Shown here piece after piece: positions 35,863 to 48,721 of a stretch of DNA of 64,000 nt. This DNA is from Vicugna vicugna (Eukaryota), in assembly GCA_013265495.1 (NCBI GenBank), contig MU058384.1, positions 6,468,956 through 6,532,955 on the forward strand. Direction: 5' to 3'. The position numbers were made by a program, and so were the translations under genes. The notes beneath the pieces are model-generated. The model worked only from the letters and a program-made list of their open reading frames with translations. It searched no databases and had not been told where the DNA came from. Every line of letters begins with the position of its first letter. Position 1 is the stretch's first letter.

Positions 35863-36199
35863 CCTCTTGACTCAGCTTTGTACCTAACTTTACTGAGAAT
35901 GACTTTGAGATTTTGATCTCTTTCCAAGAACATTGAGTATTGTCAGTTGAAACCTCAGATTATAGCTAGGAGGTATTTGTCATGCTGTTAGAAAAACTCC
36001 ACTCTACCACCCTCCCTCTGGCTCAACTCATTGTTTTAAAATAATTTTTGATCATGATTATGGATGTGAACATTTTAAAATAGGCCCTACGGGAACTCTG
36101 AGCACTTGTGGAGAATTTATCAGTATGAAAACAGCTCATCTTGGGCATGTGGTGTAGGCCACATACACACACATGTCAGAACTTACCTTATTGTAAGAT

Positions 36200-36335
36200 G
36201 CTATCTATTGAGGTATTTATCACTTCTGTTAGACCTGAGCTCCGTAAGAGCACATGACTTGTTATATTTTCATCCACAATGTGCTTAAACTATGCTGGGA
36301 ATTTAATTTATGGTTATTGAGTAAGTAAGTGAAAG
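36200..36335 (+). mobile_element. L2 3' terminus fragment
   Basis: TTAGACCTGAGCTCCGTAAGAGCA..TATTGAGTAAGTAAGTGAA. Confidence 0.5.
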
Positions 36336-38899
36336 TCTCAATGAATTAATTTTAAACACACTGTTTACTTAGGTATAAAATCCCTGGTAATTCAGGTTCT
36401 AGCTTACTTGTGTTTTAAAAATTGTACCTGAAAAGCAAGAATCTCTCCACCATTATCAAGCATACTGTGGTATTAGAATGCATATAAAATTAATGTAAGG
36501 TACTTAATTAAAAATGAGAAAAAACATGGAAATTAGAAAACAGTTTGTGGTAGAGTAATTCTCAGTTGTATTCATGATCTAAATTCTTAATAACTCAAAT
36601 GAAAACTAAGTAAATGCAGATATAATATGAACATAGGGGTTTATTTTATGCAAAATAAAGGGTGCCATATGAACTATTATATAACATTGTGCATTTTATA
36701 CTAAATCTAATAAACATTATATTAACCTGGTTAGTTTTTTAAATATAGCTGGCTGGTAAATTGTGTTTGGTATAACCACTAAAATCTTACAGACTTTATA
36801 TGGATGCCAGATATATTTGCCAGAACAATTTTTCAAGAGAGGTAGTTTCTTATGATTGAAGACAATAGCCACTGTAAGGGAAGATAAATTGGCAGATTAT
36901 ATATCATAGCTCTGTTTAGTCTTCAATTTCTCAGGCTAATCGTTTAATAAAAGCTTCTACATTAATGATAATTGAGCCAATGAAACTGTATTTGAGTCTG
37001 TATTTCTTAGATTTGCTGGATTTGTTTTTGCAAGCGTACATTTTACTTATTCTCATAAATCACATTCTCAGTTTCTTAAACTATATCCTTTCCTATTCAT
37101 AGAAACATATAAATATATAAAGCTTTTTCTAAAGCATGAAATCTGCAATGCCCAAGTTTATTACTTATTATTATTCTTGCAAACTAAAGATTTTGGGCCA
37201 CTAATATGCCAAAGGGCATGTTTCCAGCTATTGGATAGCAGACATTTCCAAAATGTTGCAGTGAGGTTCTATATTTCAATAATTTTCTTTAATGGATTTT
37301 TTTGGTCAATATCAATAGACAAAACTTACCTTTGTGTTTTATAATTTTAGTATAACATCTGTTCTAAATCTATGAAAAAGTGGCTTGGATTATACATTTG
37401 TCCTTTTAAAATTTATTTTTGGTATCATATACATAACTTATAAGGTAAAATAAGTTACTCTCACGAAAAGGCTAGAACCACCCAAATGTCCTTGTGTGCG
37501 TGTGTGTGTATGTGTGTGTGCTTCAAATTATTATTGTGAAGAATGCTTCCAACCTATTCAAAATATGAATTGCACCTCAAAACTATTTGAATTGATGTAT
37601 ATGGATAAAAGTTTATGTGACTTTTTTTGGTATTGGCAGCCAACTGTCAGTGATGGATGAGGCAAAAAGTCCATGACTGATGTCTTCAGGTGCTTATACA
37701 GAGTGTGGTCTATTCACTGCCTCCATCCTGTAGACACACAGCATTCTGCACAGAGATTTATCCCAAAAGAGTATTTCCTATGTTTATCCTTCAGAAGGCT
37801 GTCTAATAGTCTCCTGAAATACTGATGAGATTTTTTCTTACACAAGCTGGTTTATTCTCTAGATTAGTGGGTCCCTAGCTGTAGCCACAAAATCCGGTGG
37901 GTCAGAAAGCAATGGCAAGGAGAATCTATAAATGTGTTTTCCAATAAAGTCAAGCATTGGTGATTGAATGAATAAACAACATGTTTTTCACATTTTTGTC
38001 AGTTTTACATATAATGAATTTCTTTTGTGATTAATAAAATACTAACCAATGAAAACGCTAGGAAATTCATTTATGTCTTTCCCCTTATATAAGTTCCCAA
38101 TCAAGGGGTAGTAAGAGTTTCATGGATTACATTATGTAAAAGTTTAACTAATTTTTGACATTTAAAGTGAGATCTTCATACAACAAAAGTTTGAGACCCT
38201 AGGTCTTAAATAATTTTTTTGTTTTACCTTATATACTCAATACATTAACGAGAACAAACGTGAAACATTGTGACATTGATGTGAAGACTCTAACTTTTAA
38301 CAATGAATGAATTTTTCATCGAGAAGTTCTTAAGATCAGGTATCTTTCAAAAATATTTGTTGCTACTGATGCATATTCCCTTAGGAAAAGAAGATCAGTA
38401 TCAGCGTTACATACTGGATTTCACTTTACTAAAGCACAGCTTCATAAACATCAGCTGGGACTTGGCTCTAGGAGGGGCAACAGAACTCGGGGAGCATTCC
38501 CTGACAAAACTATCTGGATTTTCAGATATGACACATGCTAGATGACAGTACAACTGCAGGGGAAAACTGATTTGTCTGTGTTGCACCTAAGTCCTCACAG
38601 GCCCTCTCCCTGGCAGGTCCAGCGCTGAAGATAAAATACTGTTTAAGAGAACTCTCTTAACTTACTGTAGTTAATAGCTGCCCACAGAGCACCAGTGACT
38701 TCCTTGTTATTATTCTCTCTAGAACAAATTTCTCAAGTAGTGAAGGCTTAGAACTAAAATCAATAGCACATTTAAATTGTTCATTAGAAACAATTGCCCA
38801 TTTTCTGTAATCAACAAGTCATTAGTCAACAAATACTTACTGCACACACACAACCTGACATTATTTCTGATGAACTGATACTAGCCAAAGGGACTATTC

Positions 38900-38942
38900 C
38901 ATGGAAGTGCTTTGTAACAGCACATGGAAGTGCTTTGTAACA
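38900..38942. repeat. tandem duplication, 23-bp period
   Basis: CATGGAAGTGCTTTGTAACA at 38900 and 38923. Confidence 0.95.
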
Positions 38943-39237
38943 ACTTTGTTTTCTCCAAGGGCTTCTGTGCATTTCATTTGCTGTACCAGGGGTGTAATGC
39001 AGCAGAGAAGACCCTTCCTAGGTCGTTTGTTTCAGAGAGATAAGTTCACATCCATTTGTCCTGAAGGGACTTGAACCAGAAGATTAGGCACCTAGCTGAT
39101 CTTTGCTGAGTTACCTTGCCTGTTATTAGGGTCTTTTAGAGACTCACTGATTAATCAACATTTATTTATTAGGAGCTATAACATTCAAGGCTCTATGAGA
39201 TAGACAGACTGAGCTGGAGATAAAAAAAAACTCAAAA

Positions 39238-39522
39238 GGGGGAATGAATAGGTAGAGCATAGATGGAGATGGATACATGTCAATATCCATTTGTCCAAAC
39301 TCATAGAGTGTACAGCACCAAGTGAACCCTTGTGTAAACTATGGCTTTGTGTAAAAACTGTGTCAGTGTAAGCTCATTAACTGTGACAAATGTTGATAGT
39401 GGGGGAGCTGTTCATGGGGAAGGCTATGCATATGTGGAGGTAGGAGGTACATGGGAAATCTCTGTACCTTTCAATTTTGCTATGAACCTAAAACTGCTCT
39501 AAAAATAAGATCTTTTAAAAAT
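39238..39522 (+). mobile_element. L1MC1-like 3' end
   Basis: CATTTGTCCAAACTCATAGAGTGTACAGCACCAAGTGAACCCT..TGGGAAATCTCTGTACCTT..GAACCTAAAACTGCTCTAAAAATAA; degenerate TSD AA[A/G]ACTCAA[A/G]AGG. Confidence 0.88.
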
Positions 39523-41729
39523 AAAAGACTCAAGAGGTGGAGGAAGAATACTGATGAACTCTGATCACTTTCATGGCATTAAAATGTACTTCACTATTTA
39601 CTGGTGCTGGACCCAGAGCCCTTCCCCGACCACTAAGGGAAAATGTCAAGTACAAATTAGGCTATTTGTTCTCCATTTTTTGCCTTTGAAAATAAGACTT
39701 AATGTGGGAAGCTCTGGGGTAGACTCTTGCTATTCTGTGGAGCTGTTTTGCATAGATTCTTCAGCTTATGGGAACAACCAAGGCCTTCCAGAGAGAAAGG
39801 GGAGATTAAGTTCCATGCACCAAGTCCAGTAAAAAAGGAAAATCCAAGTTTGAATCAGCCTGAAGGCTAATAGAGAAAAGTATCACATAAATGCATTCCT
39901 TTCCCTAAGGCTAGGTTACTGTCAGCAGAAGATGATTGAGTTAGCAAAGGCATTTCCCGGTTTTTTCTAGAAATTTCAACATCATGAATTCCACCCTTGC
40001 ATACTACCCACCTCTTCACCCACCCATCACCCACCCCCAACACACACTAAAGACAGCATCCAAGTCTGCCAACTCTGTAATCTCCCCAGCGAACCACAAC
40101 AGATTTCTCATCACAAACACACAGCGTGACAGGGGAAATAGCTGAAATTGGTTTAAATGGTTTAAAATAGCCACTTCATTGTATGGGTGAGGAAGAAAAA
40201 TGGGAAGTGTAGACAGACTAAGAAATCCTGCTCGGTTCGCATCTATAAAAACCGGTGCTGACAACTTACGCAGACTTCAGTTTTTATTGTTCCACTTTAA
40301 CATTCTCAAAACAATTGCTCTGTATCTTACAGTTAATGATCAAGGCAAGGGGACCCCAGAAGAAAGTATCCTTCTGAAGGAATGAATGACCACAGTATAC
40401 ATGTCAAATATTTAACTCTTGTTCAATGGCCCAAGAATTTTCATATACTATAGATAGTCCAGATTTATTTGATTACTTTCCAATACTTAGTGAACATGCC
40501 ATCATATATTTTTAAACTTTTAGATTTATTTCTGTAACAGATTTTAGAAATTGTATGAACAATTCTGTAATAAAGATCCCATTGTCCTGGAACTACTTTT
40601 TCCCCTACTGTTTCATTTAAAAACATCCTACTAATTTTCTACCTTCTATCACTGGCTCGTACAGTGTTAGAACTTCTATTACACCCTTAATGTTCTATCT
40701 CATTATTACTTTTTGCTCCATTACTAATACTCACAAACAGGATTTTAACATGTGCAAAAACCATCTGGTATGCTCTAGACCATGAGATCCAGGAGACCTG
40801 TGCTACCTGAAAAGGACTTGATTCATTTAGCATTGCTCATTTAAAATATTTTCTTTGGTTTGTCTAGTGCTTGTTTTAAATACATGAGTGCTCCAGTCTA
40901 AGATTTACTATGCCCGTTAGTATTGCTTTGTTGAAACTGCAGTATGCATTCTAACAAGTATCTACAATTTATGATAAGTTCAAAGTTGTATAATTATTGC
41001 AGTGATTTCCAAACTCATTCACTTGTCATTTTTTATTTTCAGACCTTCCCACAAAAATTTTCAGAATTAAAAAGGCTCTTATCCAACTTGGTCTTTGTTC
41101 AAAAGTTAATCATTTTAGCTTTTGGTGAAGCAAATTCAGCCTTCAAAGATACCAGTCATTTTTTCCTCTTTAGCATATTAAGGATGGGTCAGCAAACTTT
41201 ATAAAAACTGTAAAAATGAAACACTAGAAGGGCTGATTCCTGAAGGTCATTTTTCCAGAATGTAATCTTTTGAACTAAGGTTTTAAGTTCAATGGATGAA
41301 AGTGTTGGAAGATTCTTTCTAAGATGATTTTGAAATCCCAGTTAAGAAGAGCTTCCTTGATCACACAGGGGACTGGAGCTTAGTCTTTCTGCCTTCTCTG
41401 ATTCATCCTCTTATGTAGAAAAAGTCACTGAAGTTAACATGTGTTAACTGAGCAGCACTGCCGTACATAGCATCTGCATGGGTGTCCTGGTCCTCTACCA
41501 TTGCCTCTGAGGCCACTACACTTGACCATTTTTACAGGCAGTATGAAAGCAGCTCTTTTGCCCTTTTCCTTCTTACCCACTTCTGTCCCCCTCGAACTTT
41601 CAAAGAACCTGACTATAGGAATGAGATCACTAAGCAGTTAAAACTAACTCCTGACTTATATTCTCCTGAATGCACATCATACCTTGTTTAACCTATTGAT
41701 TCTCTTCCTAGAGAAAAAGAAATAAGAAT

Positions 41730-41970
41730 GAAGAACTTACAAACAGAAACAGACTCAGAGACATAGAAAACAAAATTATGGTTACCAGGGGGAATTAAAG
41801 GGGGGTGGAGGGATAAAGTGGGAGTTTGAAATTTGCAGATACCTAGTACTATACATAAAATAGATAAACAACAAGGCCCTACTACATAGCACAAAGAACT
41901 ATTTTCAATACCTTGTAATAGCCTATAATGGAAAAGAATCTGAAAAATAAAACTGAATCATTTTTCTGTA
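41730..41970 (+). mobile_element. L1 3' UTR fragment lacking its terminus, abutting a MIR fragment
   Basis: ACAGAAACAGACTCAGAGACATAGAAAACAAA..CTATAATGGAAAAGAATCTGAAAAA..ACTGAATCA, then MIR-like CTGTAAATTGGAATTAAT..ACCTACC. Confidence 0.85.
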
Positions 41971-43022
41971 AATTGGAATTAATCACCTACCCTGCCCCAA
42001 CAATGCGGAGATGAAAGTAACAACATATGAAGACCCTCAGTAAATGTAGCTACCATTTCTTCCCTTCCTTTGATAATTAGGGTTTTCAAACAACTATTTC
42101 GTAGATCATCTATAAAACCCCTGTTATTATGTATAATCAACACACTGCTACTCATCAATCACCATGATTTCTCATCTGAATCAAAGAACTATTGCTCTAT
42201 TACAGCTTTATGGTGGAACGCTGGCCTCTTTTCACTGAAATGTCTAGAATAATGCTTAGGTTCAAATTTAGTATCTTGTTGACCCATTTCCATCTTCTGT
42301 AGGTCGTAGGTATCTGACCTAGTGTCCTCTTTTATAGCTTCCGCTATCTTATTTCCCACTTGGTATTCTTACCTTACAAAGCAGACAGCCTCTCCAACAA
42401 CCATTTGACTAATGATAATCAAAAAAAATCAGAGATGACCTAAACACAACAAATAGGAACGTTACTTAGATTTGAGAAATTTATTAGGGGGCATCTTATA
42501 AGGATTTGTGAAATCACTTATCACTGCCATTGCACTCTCCACGATATTTTGTAAATTTTGCTGTACTTTTATGGAATCTCAGCTCTGCAGCCACAGAGTC
42601 ATCAAAAGGTCATCTCCAAGGTGCTGGGAAACCAGTAACAATGCTCTTCTAGTTGAGTTTATTGTTTGCTTTTTACAGACATCAAAGAGACTAGCATGAT
42701 GAGAGGCCAACAGAGAAGTACCCTGATACAAAAAGTCTCAAATCCCAATTCACAAAATCACTCATACACTCCCCTGAAGCAACTTGCATTATGATTTTAA
42801 GTGACCAAGTCCCTATGTGGTGCCTTGGAACAGGAAATCGACCTGGAAGAGTGGCTGTCTGGGTTTAGTTATCACATCTCAGAACAAGACTGCATAGGAT
42901 TTTAAGGCACATATTCAGTGTAGAGTACTGGTTCTTAGTCCATTTTGTCAGCCTGAGAGAACTTTTTAGAAGTATTAGTAATATTTGTTCCAGCTTATTA
43001 ACATTCAAAGGACTCCCTCGTT

Positions 43023-43905
43023 CACATGAAAAAATGCTCAATATTGCTAATTATTAGAGAAATGTAAATCAAAATCCTAATGAGGTATCATCTCACATTA
43101 GTCAGATGGAGATCATCAAAAGTCTACAAATAATAAATGCTGGAGAGACTGTGAAGAAAAGAGAACCTCCTACACTGTTGGTGGGAATGTAGTTTGGTTC
43201 AGCCATTATGGAGAATAGTATGGAGATTCCTTAAAAAACTAAAAATAGAGTTGCTTATGATCCAGCAATCCCACCTGTGGACATATCTCTGGAAAAGATG
43301 AAAACTCTAATTTGAAAAGATACATGCACCCCAATGTTCATAGCAGCACTGTTTACAATAGCCAAGACATGGAAGCAACTTAAATGTCCATCAATAGATG
43401 ACTGGATAAAGATGTGGTGTATCTATATATATAATGGATTATTATTCAGCCATAAAAAATAATGAAATAATGCCATTTGCAGCAACATGGATGAACCCAG
43501 AGATCATCATACTAAATAAGGTAAGTCAGACAGAGGAAGACAAATATCATATGATAGCACTTTTATGTGGAATCTAAAAAAAATGATACAAATGAACTAA
43601 TTTACAAAACAAATAGACTCACAGACATAGAAAACAAATTTATGGTTATCAAAGTGGAAAGGAGGGGAGGGATAAATTAGGAGTTTGGTATTAACAGATA
43701 CACACTACTATATATAAAATAGATAAGAAACAGGGCCTACTGTACAGCACAGGGAACCATATTCAATATCTTGTAATAACTTATATTACAAGAAAAGAAT
43801 ATTATATTACAGGAAAAGAATCTGAAAAAGAAAACTGAATCACTTTGCTGTACATCTGAAACTAACACATTATGAATCAACTATACTTCAATAGAAAAAA
43901 ATAAA
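43023..43905 (+). mobile_element. L1 3' end (ORF2 C-terminal region and 3' UTR)
   Basis: CACATGAAAAAATGCTCAA..CCTACACTGTTGGTGGGAATGTA..GATCCAGCAATCCCAC..ATCAACTATACTTCAATA and A tail. Confidence 0.95.
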
Positions 43906-46900
43906 AACAAATTATCAGCCTTAGTTGAGTGCTAGATGCAAGAACATAGCCCTTAGCAGTAGGTGAGTAAGGAAAACCTTTACTGTCAAATCTGGAAGAT
44001 TTTCATAAAGTCACTGCTAAAACTTTTCTTCAGGTTCTGGCCCTAAGATTGATCCTTCTGGACAATCAGTTAAGCTTCCTCATTTATGTTGTCTCATTTT
44101 CCTGGATTCTATGGCTAGTCCTTGCTGTCTCAGATGAAGTAAGAGTTTCCTTCTGTGACCCTCAAAGATTCCTCCCCAGACTCTGGACCATTTTGATAAT
44201 CTTTTTAAGATTTTTTATTCTTTTTGGATGACTATAATGTTCTAGTTTCTTCCATCCATTATCTCTGATTCAGTTTTCTTTCCCTGAAGTCGTAACTTCT
44301 GACTTTAGGTGGTGCCCTCTCCGTTTACTCAGTTCATATTTTAAGTGAGCATCTGGATCCAGCCTAGGCACTGTCATCCCGAAGCTTGCTGCCTTCTATC
44401 AACTCTGTTTCTCTCTCCAAACACACCTGCTACCTACTTTTGTTACTCTTGCCGGACATTTCAGTATGTTCTCATTTCTAGTCTGGAAACCATCTAGATG
44501 ATAAATCTATCTCAAATCACAGGACACATTTTCAATTAAAAAAAATTCACCCTTTAAGTTCTCAGTTTCATCACGTTCCCCCTGATTCTTCCTGGTAATC
44601 AATTCAAGTACCACCTAGGAGCGTGGTCTTCTAAAACCTGTAATAATAGTTTTATAATATCAACATATCTCAAGCAGACAATGAAGAAAAATCACTATAA
44701 TTTCCCACCAGGGAAAGGGGGAACTTTTCTCTTAAATCCTTATCATAGGCTAGCATTTCTGAAAATGTTCAGTTCTGCATAAAAAGTTTTATTTCTTAAC
44801 CTTCTGGAAAGCAATAAAGTCATCACAAGATTTATTATACTTTTTGTTCAATTTGGTAGCCTCGGATATGCATGCCACACCTTCACGAGTTTTTGTCTGT
44901 AATGTATATTCCAGTGTAATAATACTATTTATATGGGCTACCAAGATGTGTAAAACACCATGCAGGCATCAAATATTATTATTACTAAAGCAAATATGAT
45001 CAGACACTTCTTTCTTGGAACAGAGCAGCAAAAGAAAAAATTTTCTGAAGTCAAATATAGCTTATCACTGATGGAATCTTCTAGATTAACTAGTGAGCTG
45101 ATATCCCAAGCTTGATTAACTTGAAGAATACATAGGCTTAAGTATTAGATTTATGTTGGTTTAGTGATCTTATGTCTCTGAGCTTAACTTGGAGAATGCA
45201 GAGGTACATAGGATTCACTCAGAGATTAACTCTAATCACAAAGAATTTTCTTGAGTGGGTTTCTCATTTGCATTTTCATATCTGTTATCAGCTGTGGTCA
45301 CTGGCCAGAAAGAAAAACAATTAACTCAACAAAACAATAATTAACTCAACTTATCCATTCTTCCAGGGCGGAGTCTTTAGTGTTTTGGGAGGGAGAGGTG
45401 GGGACTAGAAGATAAAAGAGAAAAGTAGAGTTCGTTTTCTCAACGGAGAATTAAATTCAAACACAATGAGGAAAATTAATTGCCGAATTACTTGTCATAC
45501 TTTTGAACTCTTCTGTAATGTGTGTCTGTCATCATTCACACTTGAATCTCACATGTACTATCACCACAAGTTAGGGCACACTTTGTGTGAGTCTATGTCT
45601 TTCCTTCTTACAATACTAGATATTTAAGGGGGAGTGTTTGTGAAAAGGGAAGAGGAGTTAGTTATGTGTTGAGTATAAATATGGGGTCTAGAGAATATTT
45701 TCAATGTAACAGAAATCTATTAAGGTTACTTGGTTATGTTTTCCAGGGGATCTGAAAGATTCAGCTTTGTATCTAATAAGACACAACAAATATCAAAGAA
45801 AAATAAGAGTTGGAATCTCGAACAGAAGTATGGTGCACTTAGGAAAATCTCTGTGGTTAATGATATGAAATAAGATGATTTATTATCAGCTCTGCCTCTC
45901 CTAGCAGGAAAGCTTTTGGTGATTGTTGTAGGATTATTTAAAGTACACTTTTCATATCAGAAAAGATCAAAGAGGCAGCTTTTCAAATGCATATTGATCA
46001 TATCATGCAGAAATCTATGTCCAGTGGGTCCAGCAGAGCATTGAAATATGTGCTCCAGAAAGCGTTTAAACACCACTAACCCCTGGCTCTGGTGGCAGAA
46101 AACCTAATCGGGGCAGTGATGGCTAAGTCAAGTCTCAACAGTTGAGATTTTAGAAGAAAAAAACCAGCTGCACAGGACAGTGTTCAGTCTCTCAGGCTGA
46201 AACCCAGGGGCTCTTCAGCAACTCCTAATTCCTGGCAACAGGTAGTTATGATTATTCACTGGGCAGTAATGTCCAGGAATTGTATCACAGTCAGATGATT
46301 CAATGATATATTGGACTGCACAATATTTACATACAAATTTAAATCAGAAGTTGCCAAGTAATTTTTAGGCTCTTGCTGAATGAAAAATTACATATATGAA
46401 TCTATTTCCCAGAGATACTTTATTTTGACTAAGGGAGCAATGGAAAAAACAAATTTTAAGTCTTTTATGGTTTCCATAAAACATAAACTGGTTAAAACTT
46501 TTGAGAAAACGAGGACTTTCAATGTCTTCTTTGCATTATTTTCCGGAACAGTTCTCTATAAAGGAAGCCTCCCTTCCCCATACCAACGCCTGAAGTCATC
46601 TCTTTCATTCTGTTTGTTTGTGGTCCTGTGCTCGCAACCTTGCTGCAACCCAGTCTCTATTAAGTCTTGATTCTTTGCCTGTCATGCCCATCTTCCCTTA
46701 CAAAGTGATGCTTTAGACAGCCCTGTGGTTTTGGATGCCCTATAACCAGTCACCATTCAAGCCCAATCCTACACCAAGCCCTAGACTCTTAATGTAGACA
46801 GGACCAGGATTCTCAGCCTCCTTGCTCACATGGGACAACAGATTTCATCTCACACACTAACAGTGTTCAATAGTTGGTTATCGAATAAAGAGATGAATGC

Positions 46901-48234
46901 GGTAATATCTAAATCTTACGGTATTTCTACTCTCGGTTTAATTAACTTTGTTTCTTCCCAAGTTTCCTGAGTTTCTGCAATGATTTATTTTGTGTTTTGT
47001 GATTTTTGTTTTTATTTAAGAATTCACACACTGTAAAATGACTTCTTACCTCATAGAAAAAGATGATGGTGCTTATAAGGGTGGATGCTAAGAAGTTTTT
47101 TACAGTGTGGAAACTGTATCTAAGTCTAAAGCGCCTGATGGCCTGAAAGCTCTATTGTTTACTACTGAGGTCATTTCCTTCAGCTTCTGGATTGAAATGC
47201 TGCTTCTCTGATGCTCTGGCTGTATCTGATCCTAGGTCTTCCTGTGCTCCTCATGTTGATATTCTGCAGGTACCTAATTTCAAGCTAGCACTCTCATGTG
47301 ATTCACCACATTGGATCTCAGCTTGGTTCATGTTTTGAATGCAGTGTGGAAAGCAGAGACAGCGATATGTTATAACTAGGCATTGTCTGCTGTACGAATA
47401 ATTCTGTTTGCAGAAAAATTAAAAGAACTGATTTTGTTTACTTGTTATGTAACTCCATCTCCCTTTTCATATCTTTGCATGTTTTAAATTTATCTAAAGC
47501 TAATAACACATGACAACAACTCACAGTGGTTTTCCTGGCAGCCTCACTTAGGATAATCATTTAGCTTCTTCAGTATATCATCCAGAACAGAAAAGAGCCT
47601 CTTCCCAGAAACTGAAGGGTAACAAATCATTCCCTATATAAATAAAACTGGATTTTACTCACTTTTCCCCATACTTCACAGATGTGAAGGACTTTTCATT
47701 TTCATGTTAATTCAAAGTACTTTAGCTAAAATCACATATTTTTAAATTCATGAGGTTGAAAGTCAATCGATTCTTATGCTTAGCTTTTACAAAATTTACC
47801 TGTAAATTCCCCCCTCCAAAATTTCGGTCCATCTTTTAATGCACAAATAAGGTATCTTTCAGGGACTTGTTACTCTGACAGAATTTTATGGTAAATAACA
47901 TTGGCCATGTACTGTTGAAATGAGTATTTTCCCCTTTGAAACGCTATGTAGTTACCTACAACCTCAGAGTGAATGTCTGTACTACAGAAACACCATGTGT
48001 ACAATTTTGATGTTAAGTAACGTTACATCTGTGTTTAAATCATAGTCTCTTTCATAGTAAATGACATACAAATGTCACCTTTATCATGTTCCTAACAGCT
48101 ACACATCTATTATTATTTTGACGCTACAATCAAAATTTCTTTGTAATGATACCATTAAGTGTATACTATATCGCATGTGCTGAGGGTCAACAAGCAGACT
48201 GCCTATTTTGTTCTCTCTTTTCAGCCTTGTGGGG

Positions 48235-48721
48235 ACAGCTATTTCCTTCTTTCTGCTAGCTCTGAGTTTGGTTTGCTCTTTTTCTAGTTCCTTAAGGTGT
48301 AAAGTTAATTATTGATTTGAGATCTTTTCTATTTTTTCATACAAGCACTTATAGCTATCAGTTTCCCTCCGATTACTGCTTTTGCTGCATCACATAAGTT
48401 TTGGTATGTTATGTTGTCATTCATCTCAGAGTATTTTCTAATTTCCCTTGTGATTTCTTCTTTGACCCATTGGTTGTTTAAGAGTGTGCTATTCAATTTC
48501 CACATATTTGTGAATTTTCCAGATTTCCTTCTGTTACTGATTCCTAGTTTTAATCCGTTGTGGTCAAAGACAGTCTGTATGGTTTAAATCTTTATAAATT
48601 TATTGAGACTTGTTTTATGGCCTAACACATGCTCTATCATGAAGAATGCACCCTGTGTACTTCACAAGAAAGTATACTATACTGTTGTTGGAAACAACAC
48701 AATTATAGATGTCTGTTAGAT
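48235..48721 (-). mobile_element. old L1 ORF2 endonuclease-end/linker fragment
   Basis: Reverse complement contains CTAACAGACATCTAT..GATAGAGCATGTGTTAGGCCATAAAACAAGTCTCAATAAATT, corresponding to the DIYR..IDH.LGHKTSLNKF region of ORF2. Confidence 0.88.

Noticed and set aside
37845..38205. Possible hAT-Charlie MITE ending AAGTTTGAGACCCTAG
   Set aside because: Only a terminal resemblance; the left end and family could not be established.
35816..38942. Short direct repeats as a CRISPR-like array
   Set aside because: They are two unrelated two-copy tandem duplications with no spacers, in a mammalian genome.
46540..46680. TATA-like CTATAAAG with a downstream ATTAAG, resembling an LTR or promoter
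   Set aside because: No LTR termini, TSD or family match could be identified; too weak to call.
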